64,000 nt of DNA from an uncultured cyanobacterium (GTDB lineage: Bacteria; Cyanobacteriota; Cyanobacteriia; CAKZMO01). The notes beneath the pieces were generated by a model that saw nothing but the letters and a program-made list of their open reading frames with translations, made no database searches and had not been told where the DNA came from. Shown here one piece after another: positions 30,429 through 41,849 of this stretch. The position numbers and the translations under genes were made by a program. Positions within the stretch are counted from its first letter, which is position 1; the number at the start of each line of letters is the position of its first letter. The DNA lies in contig CAVRCJ010000006.1 of NCBI GenBank assembly GCA_963719515.1, forward strand, positions 96,001-160,000, written 5' to 3'.

Positions 30429-31850
30429 ATGACAGCTACGCCCGTACCCCCACAACCTATTGACCCTAGATCTTCTGCTCAGACGTCAACTAACGTATAT
30501 GCGCTAAAAGACGTGGTGGCTCGGCTGTATCGAGACCAGAGCAAAATTCAAGATTTGCTGGGTTCTCTAAGTTTCGCGCTGCGGAGCTTCAAAAATCTTA
30601 ACCAGTTCTTAGAGCTAACGCCGCTCATTGCCAGTCGGGTTGCCGACGCTGACGGCGGCTTGCTGGTGCTGGTCCAAGGGGGGAGGCTACAGCTTGAGCG
30701 GCTGCACTGTCAGGACGGAGACCCGCGCCAGCAGCTGCAGCAGACTATTACTAGAACAGTGCGGGATTTAGCGGCCCGGCTGACCTCGCCCATCCAGGCC
30801 GAAGCGGGAGCCGCCGTGATGACGGCGCTCGATCAGCAGCTCACCCGCAGTCTAGGGCCAACGACCCAGCTGTTTAGTGAACCTATTTTGGTCAAAAATG
30901 CTGAGCGGGGACGGCTCTATCTGTTTAGCCACCAGCCCGACTACATTTGGACCGAAACCCGACAGAAGCTGACGCGCCTAGTGGCCGATCAAACCGCCGT
31001 GGCTATCGAGAACAACGAGCTGACGGCAGAGCTGCGCAAGAAAGAGCGCCTAGACCGCGAGCTAGAGATCGGCTCAGAAATTCAAGTGCAGCTGCTGCCC
31101 CGTCACTGTCCTAAGATCCACGGCCTCACGCTCGCGGCCCGCTGCCAGACCGCAAACCGAGTGGGCGGCGACTATTATGATTTTATCCCAGCAAACTACG
31201 ACCAGGGCTGGTCGCAAAACCCTGACGATTTGGCCTACCGTCGCTGGAGCATTACCATCGGGGACGTCATGGGTAAAGGGGTACCGGCTGGCCTGATTAT
31301 GACCATGCTGCGGGGAATGCTGCGGGCCGAGGTGCTCAACCAGCATTCCCCCGCCCGAATTTTGCAGCATCTCAATCACGTCATGTATTCTGACCTAGAG
31401 AATTCTAATCGGTTTGTGACGCTCTTCTATTCGGAGTACGACCCTAAGACCGCTGTCTTGTCCTACAGCAATGCGGCCCACAATCCGCCGCTGCTGTGGC
31501 AGGCTAAAACCCAGTCAATTCATCGCCTCGACACCTCATCTGGAATGCTGATTGGGCTTGATATTGACAGCCAGTACGATGAAAACAGCGTGCAGCTTCA
31601 AGATGGAGATACCGTGCTCTACTTTACCGACGGCTTCACTGACGCTGCTAGCCCCAGGGGCGATCGCTTTGGGGAAGACAACATTGAGCGGCTGTTCCGC
31701 AACGCCTGCGGATACGGCTACAGTCCCCAAGAAATCCTAGACCACCTATTCGAGCAAGTGCAGGCGTTTGCGGGCCTTGCAAGACAGCGAGAAGATGATA
31801 TGACCCTAGTTGTGCTGCAGGCGCAGCCGTCACCGTCAACGAGTGGATGA
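30429..31850 (+). CDS. GAF + PP2C (SpoIIE/RsbU-like) Ser/Thr phosphatase
   Basis: VGGDYYD, IGDVMGKG, FTDG and DDMT motifs. Confidence 0.92.
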   Translation: MTATPVPPQPIDPRSSAQTSTNVYALKDVVARLYRDQSKIQDLLGSLSFALRSFKNLNQFLELTPLIASRVADADGGLLVLVQGGRLQLERLHCQDGDPRQQLQQTITRTVRDLAARLTSPIQAEAGAAVMTALDQQLTRSLGPTTQLFSEPILVKNAERGRLYLFSHQPDYIWTETRQKLTRLVADQTAVAIENNELTAELRKKERLDRELEIGSEIQVQLLPRHCPKIHGLTLAARCQTANRVGGDYYDFIPANYDQGWSQNPDDLAYRRWSITIGDVMGKGVPAGLIMTMLRGMLRAEVLNQHSPARILQHLNHVMYSDLENSNRFVTLFYSEYDPKTAVLSYSNAAHNPPLLWQAKTQSIHRLDTSSGMLIGLDIDSQYDENSVQLQDGDTVLYFTDGFTDAASPRGDRFGEDNIERLFRNACGYGYSPQEILDHLFEQVQAFAGLARQREDDMTLVVLQAQPSPSTSG

Positions 31851-31896
31851 GGGGCGATCGCGCCTCATGCCTTTGAGTTCGAGTCCCCTTGAAGCG

Positions 31897-32346
31897 TTAG
31901 AGCGGCACTGCTAACCATGAGACCACGGCCCCCAGCACCGACCCGGCAATGACCTGAGCGGGGGTGTGGCCCAACAGCTCTTTGAGCCGGTCTTCGTTGA
32001 AGGCAGGATGTTCGCTAAATAGCTCATCGATAATCTGGTTGATGATGCGGGCCTGCTGCCCAGCGGCCAAGCGGACTCCTGCAGCGTCGTACATGACGAT
32101 GATGGCAAACACGCAGGCGATCGCAAATTCGGCGCTTTCCCAACCCTGAGTTTGCCCAACGCTGCAGGCGAGACCCGTAACTAGGGCTGAGTGAGAACTC
32201 GGCATGCCGCCAGAGCTAAATAGGGTTTGGATATTAATGGTGCCTTTGACAGACAGCTCAACAAAGAGTTTGAGAAACTGAGCCGTGAAGCAGGCCAACA
32301 GCGCTACCACCAGCACACGATTACTCAGAATATCAAGAACCTCCAT
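31897..32346 (-). CDS. Divergent PAP2 / DUF212 family protein
   Basis: GGMPSSHSA, VMYDAAGVR and LGHTP motifs. Confidence 0.9.
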   Translation of the reverse strand: MEVLDILSNRVLVVALLACFTAQFLKLFVELSVKGTINIQTLFSSGGMPSSHSALVTGLACSVGQTQGWESAEFAIACVFAIIVMYDAAGVRLAAGQQARIINQIIDELFSEHPAFNEDRLKELLGHTPAQVIAGSVLGAVVSWLAVPL

Positions 32347-32359
32347 GGGTATTCCTGCA

Positions 32360-33298
32360 TTAGTGGGTGCGAGCCGTAATGAAATCGGCGAGGGCGACAA
32401 GGGGTTGGGCAGCGGGGCCAAAAGGCGCTAGCGCCTGTTTGGCATCGACAACAAGCTGCTGAGCTTTTGCCCTCGACTCGTCGAGTCCCCACAGGCTAGG
32501 ATAAGTCACTTTCTGTGACTGTAGATCTTTTCCGGCGGTTTTGCCCAGCTCATCCTGGGTTGCAGTAATGTCCAGAATGTCGTCGACGATCTGGAACGCA
32601 AGACCAATGCACTGGGCGTAGTGGGACAGCCGCTGGATATCGCATCGGGGTGCCCCCGCCAGCACGGCTCCTGACACTACTGCTGCCTCCAGCAGCGCCG
32701 CCGTTTTATGCTGATGGATAAATTCTAGAGTCTCAGCCGAGACGTCAGGCTTGCCTTCGCAGGCTAAATCAACGGACTGCCCCCCTACGAGTCCTGCGGC
32801 CCCCAGCGCTCGGCCCAGCCGCGCCACCACATTCACCACTCGTTCTGCTGGCACCCCTTTGGTCGCCACCGCGACATGCTCAAAGGCGTAAGCCAATAGA
32901 CCATCCCCTGCCAGAATAGCGATCGCGTCCCCGTAAATTTTGTGGTTAGTGAGCTTGCCGCGCCGGTAGTCGTCGTTGTCCATAGCGGGGAGGTCGTCGT
33001 GGATCAAAGACATCGTGTGAATCATTTCTAGGGCGCAGGCGGTGGGCATGGCCATGTCGAGGGTGCCCCCCGTCATCTCGCAAGTGGCTAAGCAGAGGAT
33101 AGGCCGCAGCCGCTTTCCTCCCGCCAGCAGGGAATAGCGCATTGAGTCGTAGATAGTCTCGGGATAGACCACTGCAATCGACTCGTCTAACGCCTGTTCG
33201 ACAATATCTTTTCGAGCGCTGAGGTAGCCCTGCAAATCAAATGAGGCTTCGTCTACGCGATCGCTGGCGGTAGCTGTGCCCGAATTCCTAGAAGTCAT
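32360..33298 (-). CDS. crtE: Geranylgeranyl diphosphate synthase
   Basis: [35 protein letters not shown]. Confidence 0.92.
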   Translation of the reverse strand: MTSRNSGTATASDRVDEASFDLQGYLSARKDIVEQALDESIAVVYPETIYDSMRYSLLAGGKRLRPILCLATCEMTGGTLDMAMPTACALEMIHTMSLIHDDLPAMDNDDYRRGKLTNHKIYGDAIAILAGDGLLAYAFEHVAVATKGVPAERVVNVVARLGRALGAAGLVGGQSVDLACEGKPDVSAETLEFIHQHKTAALLEAAVVSGAVLAGAPRCDIQRLSHYAQCIGLAFQIVDDILDITATQDELGKTAGKDLQSQKVTYPSLWGLDESRAKAQQLVVDAKQALAPFGPAAQPLVALADFITARTH

Positions 33299-33424
33299 AA
33301 TGTCACCGTTTATCTTCACCGTATTGCTGTTGTGCTGTTGTGCTGTGTAAGAGATCTCGACTTTGTCCTGCTGGCCCTATCTCGCCGGTCCTATCTCGCT
33401 AACCTGCAGGTCAGCCTCATCTTT

Positions 33425-33472
33425 TCTAGATGTTCGCCAGTCTAGATGTTCGCCAGTCTAGATGTTCGTCAG
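33425..33472. repeat. Intergenic tandem repeat, 16 bp x3
   Basis: TCTAGATGTTCGCCAG x2 plus TCTAGATGTTCGTCAG between folD and crtE. Confidence 0.9.
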
Positions 33473-33484
33473 ACATAGGCCCCC

Positions 33485-34348
33485 TCAAAGCGAAAATCGC
33501 TGCCGATAGCTCACCAGCGTATTGCTGAGCAGCATGGTCACCGTCATCGGCCCGACCCCGCCAGGTACCGGGGTGATCCACTGGGCCACTTGCTCTACCG
33601 CCTGAAAATCGACATCTCCCACCAGCCGCGTCTCTCCTGAGCGGCTGGTGGTGCGGTTTATACCCACGTCGATGACGATAGCGCCGGGCTTGACCATATC
33701 CGCTGTGATGGCGTTGGGCACCCCCAGCGCGGCGACTAAAACATCGGCCATTTTTGTAATGGCGCTCAGATGTTGGGTCTTAGAGTGCGCCACGGTCACC
33801 GTTGCATTCTCGGCGAGCAGCATAAACGCGAGGGGTTTGCCCACCAAAATACTCCGCCCCACAACCACAGCCCGCTTTCCGGCCAAGGCAATGTCATAAG
33901 TCTTTAGCAGCTGCATTACTCCTGCCGGGGTACAGCTCCTTAGACCCACCTCTCCCCTCAGCAGCTGTCCAAGATTGTAGGGATGGAGTCCATCGACGTC
34001 TTTGTGGGGATCGATGCGGCGGAGGAGATCGACGCTATCGAGGTGGGCGGGCAACGGCAGTTGGATAAGAATGCCGTCGACACAGTCGTTTTGGTTGAGG
34101 GAGTCGATGGCGTGCTCTAGTTCGGCCTGAGTCGTTTCGGTAGGATAATGCTGCCCAAAAGAAGCCATCCCGAGGCGATCGCAGGCCCTTTCTTTACCGC
34201 GCACGTAGGCCGCGCTAGCCGGGTTGTCCCCCACCATAATTACCGCTAGCCCGGGGGGTCGACCCACATGGGCTAGCTGAGAAACTTGCTCAGCCATCTG
34301 CGTCTGCATCTGTTTGGCTAAGGCTTTACCGTCGAGTAACTCTGCCAT
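33485..34348 (-). CDS. folD: Methylenetetrahydrofolate dehydrogenase/cyclohydrolase
   Basis: [26 protein letters not shown] and [11 protein letters not shown] motifs. Confidence 0.97.
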   Translation of the reverse strand: MAELLDGKALAKQMQTQMAEQVSQLAHVGRPPGLAVIMVGDNPASAAYVRGKERACDRLGMASFGQHYPTETTQAELEHAIDSLNQNDCVDGILIQLPLPAHLDSVDLLRRIDPHKDVDGLHPYNLGQLLRGEVGLRSCTPAGVMQLLKTYDIALAGKRAVVVGRSILVGKPLAFMLLAENATVTVAHSKTQHLSAITKMADVLVAALGVPNAITADMVKPGAIVIDVGINRTTSRSGETRLVGDVDFQAVEQVAQWITPVPGGVGPMTVTMLLSNTLVSYRQRFSL

Positions 34349-34503
34349 GCACATCGAGAGTAGTGAAAGACAAAAAGCAGCTAACTATACCACTGGTTGC
34401 TTTCATCTAGTGTCTCAGATTTAGCTCAGTTTTAGTGCGCGAGTGAGGCGACACCGATGAAGTCATATGTAGGGACAATCGAAAAATGCTGCATTTTCTA
34501 AGC

Positions 34504-34571
34504 AAAGCGGCAGCCCACCCCATAATGTGCGATCGCTGTACCGCGATGGCGGGGATGAGGGCTGCCGCTTT
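34504..34571. terminator. Stem-loop downstream of rbcS
   Basis: 13-bp perfect inverted repeat AAAGCGGCAGCCC...GGGCTGCCGCTTT. Confidence 0.6.
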
Positions 34572-34640
34572 CGGAGGGAGCCTTGGACGACCTGCTACAG
34601 AAGGCGTCCAAGTCTAGGGAGTCGCTCGATAGTTCGGAAC

Positions 34641-35003
34641 CTAGTAGCGGTAGGAGCTGCCACTTGCGTAGGAATTGCCGCCGCCTGGCTTGTGGATGAT
34701 AAAGCCCATCACCTGACACTGCTTGATGTTGTCGAATCCAACGACGCGAACAAAGGACTCGCGGTATTCACTACGGCACTCGTTAGCCTCGTTGAGGACT
34801 TCCTGCACAGACCCGGCCCCAAACAGAGGCAGCTTCCACATCGTCCAGTAGGTTTCGGTAGGCTCTGCCGTTTCATTGAACTCAATGGCAGGAATGAAGC
34901 CCTGGTCGATGATGTACTGAATCTGTTTTGCGATCTGCTGATCGCTCAGTGGGGGCAGGTAAGATAGGGTTTCGTAACGGCGCTCTTTTGGTAATGTCTT
35001 CAT
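34641..35003 (-). CDS. rbcS: RuBisCO small subunit
   Basis: [29 protein letters not shown]. Confidence 0.99.
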   Translation of the reverse strand: MKTLPKERRYETLSYLPPLSDQQIAKQIQYIIDQGFIPAIEFNETAEPTETYWTMWKLPLFGAGSVQEVLNEANECRSEYRESFVRVVGFDNIKQCQVMGFIIHKPGGGNSYASGSSYRY

Positions 35004-35048
35004 GGTGGTTGATTCTTGGGTTAAATAGGGTGAATAAAAGCGGTCTGG

Positions 35049-35489
35049 CTATCCAGATGTTGGATATTCGCCGCCGCTGACGTCTGAGTCAGATGCTGCA
35101 CTATCCGACGGCGGCTCACCTTCCAATGGCTGATCGCGGGTGCTATCCGCATCGAGGCTGGTAATTCGCTCTAGATACTGACGGCGATGCTCCATGTTGG
35201 CCTGCTGAATCCCAGAGCACACCATTTCAGGCAAGAACTCCGTGATTTCTTCGGCTATATGGGCTCGGACCGTCATGATCCGAAAGGCTAGCGCCTGATT
35301 CTCTTTCAGCAGCTCCCGTAGATAGGCGTCTCCATCCTGAATTTTGTTCGTAGAGGAGAAGCCGTGGAGCCACATGGAGAGCGCTGGATTGGTCTCGCGG
35401 AGCTGAGCCACAACGGTGCGAATAGCGCGATAGGTTAAGTAGCTGGTAACGGTTTTAGCGGTGTCTTTAGCAATCTGCTTCAGATCCAT
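35049..35489 (-). CDS. rbcX: RuBisCO chaperone RbcX
   Basis: MDLKQIAKDTAK...SYLTY; located between rbcL and rbcS. Confidence 0.98.
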   Translation of the reverse strand: MDLKQIAKDTAKTVTSYLTYRAIRTVVAQLRETNPALSMWLHGFSSTNKIQDGDAYLRELLKENQALAFRIMTVRAHIAEEITEFLPEMVCSGIQQANMEHRRQYLERITSLDADSTRDQPLEGEPPSDSAASDSDVSGGEYPTSG

Positions 35490-35591
35490 TGGGGACGTCA
35501 GTCCTGCTAAATGGAAGGATATGCGATGCCTACAGTAGGATCAGTAGGGTAAGCCTGTAAGCCTACCCCTACTACGCTTACCAAGACGGTA

Positions 35592-37022
35592 TCAGACGGT
35601 ATCAACAGTCTCGAATTCGAACTTGATTTCCTTCCAGACTTCGCAGGCCACGGCCAGCTCAGGGCACCACTTAGCCGCTTCGCGGATGATGTCGCCACCT
35701 TCGCGGTTGAGGTCGCGGCCTTCGTTACGGGCCTGAACGCAAGCTTCCAGCGCAACGCGGTTGGCGGTTGCACCAGGTGCATTACCCCAGGGGTGGCCCA
35801 GCGTACCACCACCGAACTGCAGCACGGAGTCGTCGCCGAAGATTTCTACTAGCGCGGGCATGTGCCACACGTGAATGCCACCGGAGGCTACGGCCATCAC
35901 GCCGGGCATGGAGGCCCAATCTTGGGTGAAGTAGATGCCGCGCTCGGGATCCTTCTCAACGTAGTTCTCACGCAGCAGGTCGACAAAGCCCATAGTGACG
36001 TTGCGATCGCCCTCGAGCTTACCCACAACCGTACCGGTGTGGATGTGGTCACCGCCGGACATCCGCAGGCACTTAGCCAGCGTCCGGAAGTGCATACCGT
36101 GGTTCTTCTGGCGGTCAATTACCGCGTGCATGGCCCGGTGGATGTGGAGCAGCATGCCGTTGTCGCGGCACCAGTGAGCAAGACTGGTGTTGGCGGTAAA
36201 GCCAGCGGTGATGAAGTCATGCATGATGATGGGCATTTCGAGTTCTTTGGCGTACTCGGCCCGCTTGAACATCTCCTCGCAGGTGGAGGCGGTGACGTTC
36301 AGGTAGTGACCCTTGATCTCACCGGTCTCAGCCTGGGCCTTGTGAATGGCGTCAGCCACAAACAAGAAGCGATCGCGCCAGCGCTGGAAAGGCTGGGAGT
36401 TGATGTTCTCGTCGTCTTTGGTGAAGTCAAGGCCGCCGCGCAGACACTCATAAACCGCCCGGCCGTAGTTCTTGGCGGATAGACCTAGCTTCGGCTTGAT
36501 GGTGCAGCCTAGTAGGGGACGACCGTACTTGTTGATCTTGTCGCGCTCGACGGTGATACCGTGGGGCGGGCCCTGGAAGGTCTTCAGGTAGGCAACGGGG
36601 ATACGTAGGTCTTCGAGACGCAGCGCCTTCAGGGCCTTAAAGCCAAACACGTTGCCCACGATGGAGGTGAGCAAGTTGGTAACTGAACCTTCCTCGAACA
36701 GGTCCAAAGGATAGGCGATGTAGGCGATGAACTGACTATCTTCGCCGCGAACTGGCTCAATATCGTAGCAGCGACCTTTGTAGCGATCTAGGTCGGTGAG
36801 TAGGTCGGTCCAAACGGTAGTCCAGGTACCGGTGGAGGACTCTGCCGCCACGGCTGCACCGGCCTCTTCTGGAGGAACCCCAGGCTGAGGGGTGACCCGA
36901 AACGCCGCCAGGATATCCGTATCCTTAGGCGTGTAGTCCGGCGTGTAATAGGTTAATTTGTAGTCCTTAACCCCAGCCTCGTACCCTGACTTGGACTGAG
37001 TTCTCGATTGAGAATATGACAT
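35592..37022 (-). CDS. rbcL: RuBisCO large subunit, form IB
   Basis: [10 protein letters not shown] catalytic motif; full length. Confidence 0.99.
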   Translation of the reverse strand: MSYSQSRTQSKSGYEAGVKDYKLTYYTPDYTPKDTDILAAFRVTPQPGVPPEEAGAAVAAESSTGTWTTVWTDLLTDLDRYKGRCYDIEPVRGEDSQFIAYIAYPLDLFEEGSVTNLLTSIVGNVFGFKALKALRLEDLRIPVAYLKTFQGPPHGITVERDKINKYGRPLLGCTIKPKLGLSAKNYGRAVYECLRGGLDFTKDDENINSQPFQRWRDRFLFVADAIHKAQAETGEIKGHYLNVTASTCEEMFKRAEYAKELEMPIIMHDFITAGFTANTSLAHWCRDNGMLLHIHRAMHAVIDRQKNHGMHFRTLAKCLRMSGGDHIHTGTVVGKLEGDRNVTMGFVDLLRENYVEKDPERGIYFTQDWASMPGVMAVASGGIHVWHMPALVEIFGDDSVLQFGGGTLGHPWGNAPGATANRVALEACVQARNEGRDLNREGGDIIREAAKWCPELAVACEVWKEIKFEFETVDTV

Positions 37023-37341
37023 ATCTCGCTTCTATCTCCCTTCGGTTAGATTAATCAACGTCCTACAACGCAAAACACTGTCAGAACAAATAGGCCGTCA
37101 CAAAGCAAAACGCCAGACGACATATATCTCAACACGTTATTGCCTGAAAATGGCAGCCCTTGCAGGAAAATTTAGGCCACCTAAATTTGAGTGAAACCAG
37201 CGCACCGTAATAGTTTTGTCTACGCTATTTCAGCGAGCCAGTCTACTCAAAAGCCTGCTTCTAAATTGCTGATTTAGAAAAACTATATCAGGAATCGGAC
37301 GCAACTCTATAAGCTCAACTTCCAATCTTCTTTGAGTTCGT

Positions 37342-37356
37342 ATAACCTATGTTTAT
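37342..37356. promoter_or_regulatory. Possible LysR-type (T-N11-A) operator upstream of rbcL
   Basis: Dyad ATAA-N7-TTAT about 320 bp upstream of the rbcL start. Confidence 0.35.
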
Positions 37357-37383
37357 GTTTTGAGTCGATTAGTAAAGAGATAT

Positions 37384-37439
37384 GACAAGGCATTAAAAAA
37401 GAGAGCATCTTATGAATGCCTCGTTTTTAATGTCTTGTC
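37384..37439. terminator. Long stem-loop after the lipoprotein gene
   Basis: GACAAGGCATTAAAAA...TTTTTAATGTCTTGTC. Confidence 0.6.
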
Positions 37440-37455
37440 GAGGCTTTAGCGATCC

Positions 37456-38901
37456 TTATTCTTCTGAAATTTCCGGGAGAGTCTCAGGACTAAAGCTCTT
37501 GGGGCTACCTGAGATTGAGTCAGGGCTCGCTAGCCGCGGCGGTGCGCTCTGTGCTGATTCGCCTAAATTCGGATCGCTAGCCTCTGCCGGGGACTTTATT
37601 GTTGGGGACGCGGCAGTTGGGATGAGGTCTGGCGCAGTCTTGCTGCTGGGCTCAACCTCGGGCTCAAGAGCCGGTAGCCGCTCGGGTAGGGTCTCTTCCA
37701 TCAAGATGCCCGGAGGGAAGGCCTCTGTCTTTGGCAGGCTAACCGGTTCGGGAACCGCTTCTGGCGTACTGTCTATTGCTTTAGCGCCAAGAGCCGCTGC
37801 TGGGCGATTTGATTTCGAGGTCTCTACGGCGGGAGTCTTTACCGGAGCCAGCAGAGGCTCTGGCTCTATAGGTTCTACAGATTCTGTTTCTAGGGCTCCT
37901 ACCGGAGGCTCATAGCCAGCAATGATGATTGAGCGGGCGTCTTGCAGCGATAGTTCACCGCGAACGAGCTTTGATAGCGTATCGTCGCCGCCCGGCTCCA
38001 GTGTGATCAGGCGGGCTGTGTTGTTGTAGGAGTTGCTGATAGGGGTATCGTTCTCGTCTAAGAGCTCAAGCTGAATCCAGTTCTTACCGGGCTTAAACCC
38101 CGTCAAATATAGGGGCTCCCAAGTATCGAAGGTGAAGACTTGGCCATTGATAGTGCAGCGAATTTTCCAATCGGACACCTCATCCGCCCCGTCTTCTTGA
38201 GCAACTAGGTGCAGCGGCGCGTTTTGAAGATAGAAATCAAGCAGGATCGGTTCAGCACCATATCCCCCTTTAGGCCGGCTGTAGGTCAGCATCGGCGCAC
38301 CTAGGTCAGGGCTGTCGGGGGTCTGCGTGAAGACGTAAAATTGCGTTTGAGCGTAGGCTTCAGCATTTTTGAAGCTCTCGTGCCAGGGCCTAGAAGCAAA
38401 GGCTCGAAGGGTATGAGTGCCCGGCTCTAGATCTTCTAAAACAAGGGGCTGGCTGGGATCATAGACTGCCCGGTAAGGCTCGTTGTCGAGGATCACATGG
38501 AGATGAGGTCCCATCGCCAGCGCCTCATCTTTAAAGGCGGGAAAATCGCTGACCTGGAACCGGACCGTGACTCGATCATCTTCAATGACCTCATCTTGCT
38601 TGGGGCTAGTGATGCTCAGCTGCGGCCGTACGTCGAGTTCTTGCTTGAGCGCCTGAATGACACCGGGAGTAGAAACTTCTTGGAGCGTTTTGGGGATTCC
38701 TATCAGGCTGTTAGGCCCGCCGGGGATGATGCGATCGCCCCCAGAACCACTACAACCAGTCAAGGCCGTCGCTGCAATTAAAAGGACTGCTGCAGTCCGA
38801 GCCAGCGATCTGAGCGCAGTGGACCGGAGTGTAACAAATCGTGACTTCCCCTTAGCCTGCTGTCCTGAAAGTCGCTGCAACATTTGATGCCAGTCATTCA
38901 C
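37456..38901 (-). CDS. Hypothetical lipoprotein with a Pro/Glu-rich tail
   Basis: Lipobox ALTG|C; beta-rich core (GPHLHVILDN, GTHTLRAFASRPWHES); start uncertain. Confidence 0.75.
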   Translation of the reverse strand: MNDWHQMLQRLSGQQAKGKSRFVTLRSTALRSLARTAAVLLIAATALTGCSGSGGDRIIPGGPNSLIGIPKTLQEVSTPGVIQALKQELDVRPQLSITSPKQDEVIEDDRVTVRFQVSDFPAFKDEALAMGPHLHVILDNEPYRAVYDPSQPLVLEDLEPGTHTLRAFASRPWHESFKNAEAYAQTQFYVFTQTPDSPDLGAPMLTYSRPKGGYGAEPILLDFYLQNAPLHLVAQEDGADEVSDWKIRCTINGQVFTFDTWEPLYLTGFKPGKNWIQLELLDENDTPISNSYNNTARLITLEPGGDDTLSKLVRGELSLQDARSIIIAGYEPPVGALETESVEPIEPEPLLAPVKTPAVETSKSNRPAAALGAKAIDSTPEAVPEPVSLPKTEAFPPGILMEETLPERLPALEPEVEPSSKTAPDLIPTAASPTIKSPAEASDPNLGESAQSAPPRLASPDSISGSPKSFSPETLPEISEE

Positions 38902-39567
38902 GGGTGAATTTCTCCTTTTTTTCTGCTATGCCGCTTTTCTTATGCCGCAGACCCCATAGTCAAACTCCATCACGGAGTATTGGATTCCACCACCATACCG
39001 CTTTGGCCGTAGGGTTGGACAATAGAATTTCGCGCTGTAGTTGCTTTGCAATCGCGCTGCAGGCGACCTTCCAGCTAAGGCAAGGATGGAATTACATAAC
39101 GCAATAGTTCGATAATGCCCAGCTATATTGAGTTTTGTGTAATTTTGATTCGGTAGGCACGATGTGCTAGGGGCTGCGAAACACACATGGTAGAAAAATC
39201 AACGCCTCCCGCTGTTTGAATTATTGTTAACTCCCGTCGAGGCGGCGGCGGATACGGCACTATAATGCTCGAAAGACCTGGCCCTGAAGTAGCCCAAAAC
39301 TTCGAGCACTGGCTAGTTCCAGACTTCGAAGTGCCGCTTCTTTAACTTGAGAAAATCTCAACCCACGTTGAATTTCGATGGTTTTAACGGCGGCGACGGC
39401 GCGATTGCCTCGGGTAACGGCACTACTAGCTCGGACGTCTTGTTATTTGATATTGCCCACCTGGTCATCATGCAAAGCAAGACTCAAGTCAGTGGCACCT
39501 TTACCCAACGCCAAACTCAGAGGTCAGGATTTCCATCGTTCCTTGTCTAAAGAGAGGAGAGTCTCTA

Positions 39568-41826
39568 ATGACAACTACCCCACGGGAGCGAGACGCGAAA
39601 GCTAAGATTCTCGTTGACAAAGATCCGGTTCCTACTTCCTTTGAGAAGTGGGCTAAGCCGGGCCACTTCGACAGAACTTTGGCTAAAGGTCCCAAAACCA
39701 CCACTTGGATTTGGAACCTTCACGCTGACGCTCATGACTTTGACAGTCATACCAGTGACCTAGAAGATATTTCTCGGAAAATCTTTAGCGCTCACTTCGG
39801 TCATTTGGCCATTGTGTTTATCTGGCTGAGCGGCATGTATTTCCATGGCGCTCGCTTTTCTAACTATGAAGCTTGGTTGACCAATCCCACTGGCATTAAG
39901 CCCAGTGCGCAGGTCGTTTGGCCTATTGTTGGTCAAGAAATTCTGAATGCAGACGTCGGTGGCGGTTTCCAGGGCATCCAGATCACCTCTGGGTTCTTTC
40001 AGCTCTGGCGCGCCTCCGGTATTACAAACTCAACTCAGCTCTACGCAACCGCTATCGGCGGCCTTGTGATGGCGGGTCTGATGCTGTTCGCCGGCTGGTT
40101 CCACTACCACAAGCGGGCTCCGAAGCTCGAGTGGTTCCAGAACGTCGAGTCCATGCTCAACCACCACCTAGCAGGTCTGCTGGGTCTAGGTTCTCTGAGC
40201 TGGGCCGGTCACCAGATCCACGTGGCGCTGCCCATCAACAAGCTGCTGGACGCAGGTGTATCTCCCGATGAGATCCCTCTGCCCCACGAGTTCATCTTGA
40301 ACTCCAGCTTGATGGCGGAGCTATACCCCAGTTTTGCAAAAGGTCTGACGCCTTTCTTTACCCTCAACTGGGGCGAGTATGCCGACTTCCTTACCTTCAA
40401 GGGTGGCCTCAACCCCGTCACTGGCGGGCTGTGGCTTTCGGATACAGCACACCATCACCTGGCGATCGCCGTGCTCTTCCTGGTTGCGGGCCATATGTAC
40501 CGCACCAACTGGGGCATTGGCCACAGCATCAAAGAGATTTTAGAAAATCATAAGGGTCCCTTTACGGGCGAAGGCCACAAGGGTCTATATGAAATTCTGA
40601 CCACCTCTTGGCATGCGCAGCTGTCGGTAAACCTGGCGCTGCTGGGCTCGCTCACGATCATCGTGGCGCAGCACATGTACGCGATGCCGCCGTATCCCTA
40701 TCTGGCTACGGACTACCCCACTCAGATTTCGCTGTTTACCCACCACATGTGGATTGGCGGCTTCCTGATTGTTGGGGCAGGTGCTCACGGTTCGATCTTC
40801 ATGGTGCGGGATTATGACCCGGCCAAGAACGTCAACAACCTGCTGGACCGGGTACTCCGTCAGCGGGACGCCATGATTTCCCACCTCAACTGGGTGTGTA
40901 TTTTCCTGGGCTTCCACAGCTTTGGTCTCTACATCCACAACGACACCATGCGGGCGTTGGGTCGTCCTCAGGACATGTTCTCTGATACAGCGATTCAGCT
41001 GCAGCCGGTGTTTGCCCAGTGGATTCAAAACCTGCATACGCTAGCCCCCGGTACTACGGCTCCTAACGCTCTGGCTCCCGTGAGCTACGTGTTTGGCGGC
41101 GACGTGGTGGCAGTGGGCGGCAAAGTGGCCATGATGCCTATGGCTCTGGGCACTGCGGACTTTATGGTGCACCATATCCACGCCTTCACCATCCACGTGA
41201 CGGTGCTGATTCTGCTGAAGGGCGTGCTCTATGCCCGCAGCTCTCGCCTGATTCCTGACAAAGCTGAACTGGGCTTCCGGTTCCCTTGTGACGGTCCGGG
41301 TCGAGGCGGCACCTGCCAGGTTTCCGGCTGGGACCACGTGTTCCTAGGCCTGTTCTGGATGTACAATTCCCTGTCGATTGCCATATTCCACTTCAGCTGG
41401 AAGATGCAGTCAGACGTCTGGGGAACAGTTGCACCGGACGGCTCGGTGTCCCACATCACGGCGGGTAACTTTGCCCAAAGCGCGATTTGCATTAACGGCT
41501 GGCTGCGAGACTTCCTGTGGGCTCAAGCGGTTAACGTAATTGGCTCCTACGGTTCGGCGCTGTCCGCCTACGGACTGCTGTTCCTGGGCGCTCACTTCGT
41601 CTGGGCATTCAGCCTCATGTTCCTTTTCAGCGGACGGGGCTACTGGCAAGAGCTTATTGAGTCTATTGTTTGGGCTCACAACAAGCTGAAGGTTGCGCCT
41701 GCAATTCAGCCTCGTGCTCTGAGCATTATTCAGGGCCGTGCAGTTGGTGTAGCACACTACCTCTTGGGGGGAATCGTCACCACGTGGGCGTTCTTCCTAG
41801 CCCGAATCATTGCTGTGTCTGGATAG
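39568..41826 (+). CDS. psaA: Photosystem I P700 apoprotein A1
   Basis: [15 protein letters not shown] motif [20 protein letters not shown]. Confidence 0.99.
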   Translation: MTTTPRERDAKAKILVDKDPVPTSFEKWAKPGHFDRTLAKGPKTTTWIWNLHADAHDFDSHTSDLEDISRKIFSAHFGHLAIVFIWLSGMYFHGARFSNYEAWLTNPTGIKPSAQVVWPIVGQEILNADVGGGFQGIQITSGFFQLWRASGITNSTQLYATAIGGLVMAGLMLFAGWFHYHKRAPKLEWFQNVESMLNHHLAGLLGLGSLSWAGHQIHVALPINKLLDAGVSPDEIPLPHEFILNSSLMAELYPSFAKGLTPFFTLNWGEYADFLTFKGGLNPVTGGLWLSDTAHHHLAIAVLFLVAGHMYRTNWGIGHSIKEILENHKGPFTGEGHKGLYEILTTSWHAQLSVNLALLGSLTIIVAQHMYAMPPYPYLATDYPTQISLFTHHMWIGGFLIVGAGAHGSIFMVRDYDPAKNVNNLLDRVLRQRDAMISHLNWVCIFLGFHSFGLYIHNDTMRALGRPQDMFSDTAIQLQPVFAQWIQNLHTLAPGTTAPNALAPVSYVFGGDVVAVGGKVAMMPMALGTADFMVHHIHAFTIHVTVLILLKGVLYARSSRLIPDKAELGFRFPCDGPGRGGTCQVSGWDHVFLGLFWMYNSLSIAIFHFSWKMQSDVWGTVAPDGSVSHITAGNFAQSAICINGWLRDFLWAQAVNVIGSYGSALSAYGLLFLGAHFVWAFSLMFLFSGRGYWQELIESIVWAHNKLKVAPAIQPRALSIIQGRAVGVAHYLLGGIVTTWAFFLARIIAVSG

Positions 41827-41849
41827 GCATGAGGAGGACATAACTAACA

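Noticed and set aside
33425..33472. Possible CRISPR array
   Set aside because: Units are 16 bp with no spacers, and no cas genes or repeat-spacer arrays were seen in the window
34527..36482. Antisense and alternative-frame ORFs over rbcLXS (and similar ones over psaAB, malQ, thiC)
   Set aside because: They are shadows of strongly codon-biased genes and show no recognisable motifs
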